Positions 60,235 to 63,609 of a DNA stretch of 63,609 nt are shown in pieces. The notes beneath the pieces were generated by a model. The model did no database searches, was not told the DNA's origin, and saw only the letters and a list, made by a program, of their open reading frames with translations. Numbering within the stretch: position 1 is the stretch's first letter; the number at the start of each line of letters is the position of its first letter. Source of the DNA: Ministeria vibrans ATCC 50519 (Eukaryota > Protista > Filasterea); assembly GCA_943704425.1 (NCBI GenBank), contig CALSCP010001258.1, forward strand, positions 1 to 63,609, in the 5' to 3' direction. Position numbers and translations under genes: made by a program.

Positions 60235-63200
60235 TCATTTCTTCACGTCCGTCAAAAGTTCGGCTCGGAGAGACTGGCGAGCCATTTTGCGTTGATGTTT
60301 CTGGACACATCGCACACATTGCAACTGACCCTCAACTTCCTCGCTGCCCTCCACACTCGCACTCAGCCCGCACTTGCCACACCTGACAACACACGCATGG
60401 GCAGAATCAGAGACATGTTGCCACACATATAATGATACTTACTTTGGCCCATCGATGGGTGAGAGTGACGACGACGCAGTGGACAAGGGACGGGTGGCAA
60501 CAGACTGCGCGGATGGTGTCAGCGCCCCTGTGCTGTCCAGCACCCCAGCTGACTTGGCTGCCTCAACCTTCTCCTTCACTTGCGCCGCTCGTTCCTTGCG
60601 CTGCCGTTCTGCCTCTGCACGTGCTGCTTGTCGCTTCTCATTCTACACATATAATTTTATTAATTTATTTTTTATATTAATTCATAATTTTAATTGCTAG
60701 TATTAATAATAATATTATTATAATTATTTAAAAACATTAGTATTCAAAATTCATCTCGAACAAATATTTGACACTTACACGCGCTTTTGTCGTCTCTTCA
60801 AAATTGGCAGCGGCTTTCTGGGATTTGGGACTAAGAGGAGTGTTGGCCTGGGCGTACTGAGACGCCTGACGTTTGCGTTCCTCTTCGCGCTTCTGACGGG
60901 TCTCTTCGCGCAGCCGACGCACTTCCTCCTTGGGATCGACGGGCGGTGGTGACTGCACAAAGCGACTTGTGTCAAGTTTGCCTGGACCTGGATTGCGACG
61001 ACCCGTCGTGGGCGAGACCAGAGGCGACTTGAGTGCGTCATCAGTGGTGGTTCCCGATGGCTTCAGGTTGGCCTTGAGGGCCGCTTCGGTGCGCTTGGAC
61101 GCTGCCTCGGCGCGCTCCTTCTCGCGCTGTGCCGCCGCCTTGGTCTGTCGTTCCCTCTCCTTCTCCTTGTGCTTGCGCTCGTCCTCGGCCATCTCAGCAT
61201 GCGTCTTGATCGACTCGGGAAACGACTCCTGCATCTTGATCAGACGCGGGGTAGGCCCTGCATTCGGCTTGCGTCCATCCTCCTCTTCACCAAACACTTT
61301 GCTCACACTTGTCCTGCGCTCGGGCGTCAGTGACTTCCTTGGCACAGCAGCACTACTAGTTGTATCTGTAGACGCCCGTCGTTCCGCTCGCTCCTTGGCG
61401 CGTTTCTCCAGCTCCGCCTCGCGTTCCTTTGTCCTCTTCTCAATGTCCTCTGCACTCGCCACAGCACTCACCGCCGTACTACCAACACCAGAGGTCGACT
61501 GGCGCTTGTCCTGGCGCTCTTGCCGATCCGCACATGCCTTACAGTAAGGCTCACTCTTGTACTACAATGAAAAAGAAGGAAAGTGTGAGAAGACAGGTGG
61601 GCGCCTAAGGTACAAAAAGTTCACCTCCTTCCAATACTGTTGGTTCTCTTTTAGCGTCGCGTTGCACTGCGTTCGCGCGCACTTGAAGCACGCGCGATGG
61701 TACAGCCGCTGCAGAGCCTTCACCTTCTCTCCCGCATACACAGTCTTGGTGCATTTGTAGCACTTGGTCAGGTCTACAGCACAATAATAAAATAATAATA
61801 AATTTATAATTCCATAATAAAATAAAATTTAATATATTTATAATAATTATAATTCTTATATATATATAATATAAAGCACATACACTCACCTTGTTTGGGT
61901 TGGAATGCAATACCAGTGCCACCCATCGCGGCGCTCGCAGCACTTGCGCCAATGCCCATTGCGCTGGACGCAGGACGGGCCGTAAACAGCCCTCCACCAC
62001 TTGTACGTCGTTCGTAAGGTTTGACACTACTGACGGTATTCGTAGTAGTAGTGGAAGTGCCCGACGAACGACGCGACGACCCACCACTGCCAGTTTGTTC
62101 TTCACTCGACGCACGACGCTGCTGCTGCTCTCCTTCAGATTTCTCTTGCAGCTTCTGTTGGAACCGCATCGCAGCCTCAGCATCCGAAATTACCTTGAGT
62201 CGCTTCTTCTCCTCCTGCTCCTTTACCTTCTTCTTCGTCTCTTCCTCCTCTCGTTCCTTCTTCTCCTTCTCCTCTCGTTCCTTCTTCTCCTTCTCCTCTC
62301 TTTCTTTCTTCGCCTCCTCCTGTTCCTTCTCCTCCTTGATCGCGTCGGTTGCCTTGGCCGTCTTCTTTGCCTCCCGCGCCTCTCTTCTCTCCTCCATACT
62401 CAGTCGTTTTGACACCTTCTCCTTCGAGTGGTGCTTGCGCGATCCCTTTGACGATGTCTTCGACACAGTACTCGTCGTCTTCTCCACCTTCTTCTTATCC
62501 GCTCCGCCCTTCATCTTTTCCTCCTCGTCGTCGTCCTCCTCACTCGACGTGTAATCCTCATCACTCGACGTCAAAAACGACGAATCGCTCAGTTCCGATG
62601 ATACATCCGACGACATATCATCATCATCGTCGTCATCGTCGTCAAACACCTCATTATCTTCCTTCTCCTCCTTTTGTTTGTTCTGCGCTTGGACCTTCTT
62701 TTGCCGCTCCAACATCTCCGCCTCGAGACGCACAAACTCCTGCGCCTCTTTGCTTGCATCCGACTTCTTGCGACGCTCCTCAATGCGCTTCATCTCCGCC
62801 TCGACGCGCTTCTGCTCCGCTTCCGCCTCCTTGGCTGCGTTCTTCTTCTCCAGCTCCTCCAATCGCCTCTTGCGCTCCTCCTCCTCCTTGATCTTCTCCT
62901 CCGCCGCAATTTTCCTGCTCGCATCCGCGGCTGTGCTGGGCTCGGCACTCATGCTTGCACGACGCTCATCGCGCACACTCCGCTCGTGACACCCCTTGCA
63001 GTACGCTCGCCCATCCTTCTCCTCAAACGCACTCACCCTGAGCACCGCACCGCACTTGGCGCGTGCACACCGGAAACAGCCCTTATGCATCGCCATCTCC
63101 ATGGCAACCACCCCTTCTCCATCATACACCCGCTTCTGGCACACCCCACACGGTCCCGTCTTGTCCACCTCGCTCTTGCGTGGAATCAATGCACTGTTGG

Positions 63201-63609
63201 GCTCCACCGTCACCTTGACATTGTGTCGCCGTGGCTCAGGCGACGTCATGGGCGAAATGGTCCCTACGTCAAAATATAAGAAAAAAAACAGAAAGAGTGT
63301 CACACAAAGGGGAGAAAATATGGGATTGGATCCAGTGGGCACCTTGAGAGAGTTGCAGTTTCTCACGTTTCTTGGCACACGAGAGACACACTGGATTCTG
63401 GTCGATCATTTGGAAGTTGCCTGGCTGAAGGGCCTTGTTGCAGCGACCATTGGAGCACTTAAAGCTAAACATTGGGTAACATGACATGATTAGAAAGGGG
63501 AACACGTGCATTTCGTTGTTTATACCAAAGCTTGTGGAACACTTTGCCTTCGCCGCCCGGAATGCGCTCAGCGTCGTACACAGTCTTGAATAGGGGGGGG
63601 GGGGGGGGG
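60235..63609 (-). CDS. Multi-LIM-domain protein with long charged coiled-coil linkers; 5' end outside window
   Basis: LIMs: FKCSNGRCNKALQPGNFQMIDQNPVCLSC; CGVCQKRVY...HKGCFRCARAKC...YCKGC; CYKCTKTVYAGEKV...YHRACFKC...YCKAC; degenerate terminal CGKC...CVRC. Confidence 0.82.

Overview
Gene-dense, intron-containing eukaryotic DNA. The introns I traced are GT-AG, the code is standard, microsatellites are frequent, and there are two N-gaps. The gene set (PLEKHF, CPED1-like, ERICH3-like, GNS, EGF repeats, NEDD4) suggests a unicellular, probably flagellated, holozoan or related protist; this is inference. About 23 genes were reconstructed by hand. In order: a lamin-tail/EGF protein, FAM173-type methyltransferase, GlcNAc-6-sulfatase, a degenerate Rho-like GTPase, an orphan, MPC1, NOC3, TSEN54, CHMP7, a zinc-finger repeat pseudogene, PLEKHF2, PAF-acetylhydrolase, V-ATPase c, TYW1, PPIP5K, a second orphan, ENT, ERICH3-LRR, CPED1-like esterase, ERCC1, LRR-NEDD4, Rim15/Greatwall-like kinase, GH33 sialidase, SERAC1 and a multi-LIM protein. 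The most unusual items are: (1) a MAR-like (coccidian sialic-acid-binding) module fused to a sialidase; (2) bacterial-type lamin-tail domains inserted inside EGF repeats; (3) a Rho pseudo-GTPase with degenerate G motifs; (4) LRR-C2-WW-HECT and ERICH3-LRR fusions; (5) a (TTC)n-tailed retroposon family found next to (TAA)n tracts. Two probable assembly breaks truncate four genes. All family calls come from motif recognition; no searches were run.
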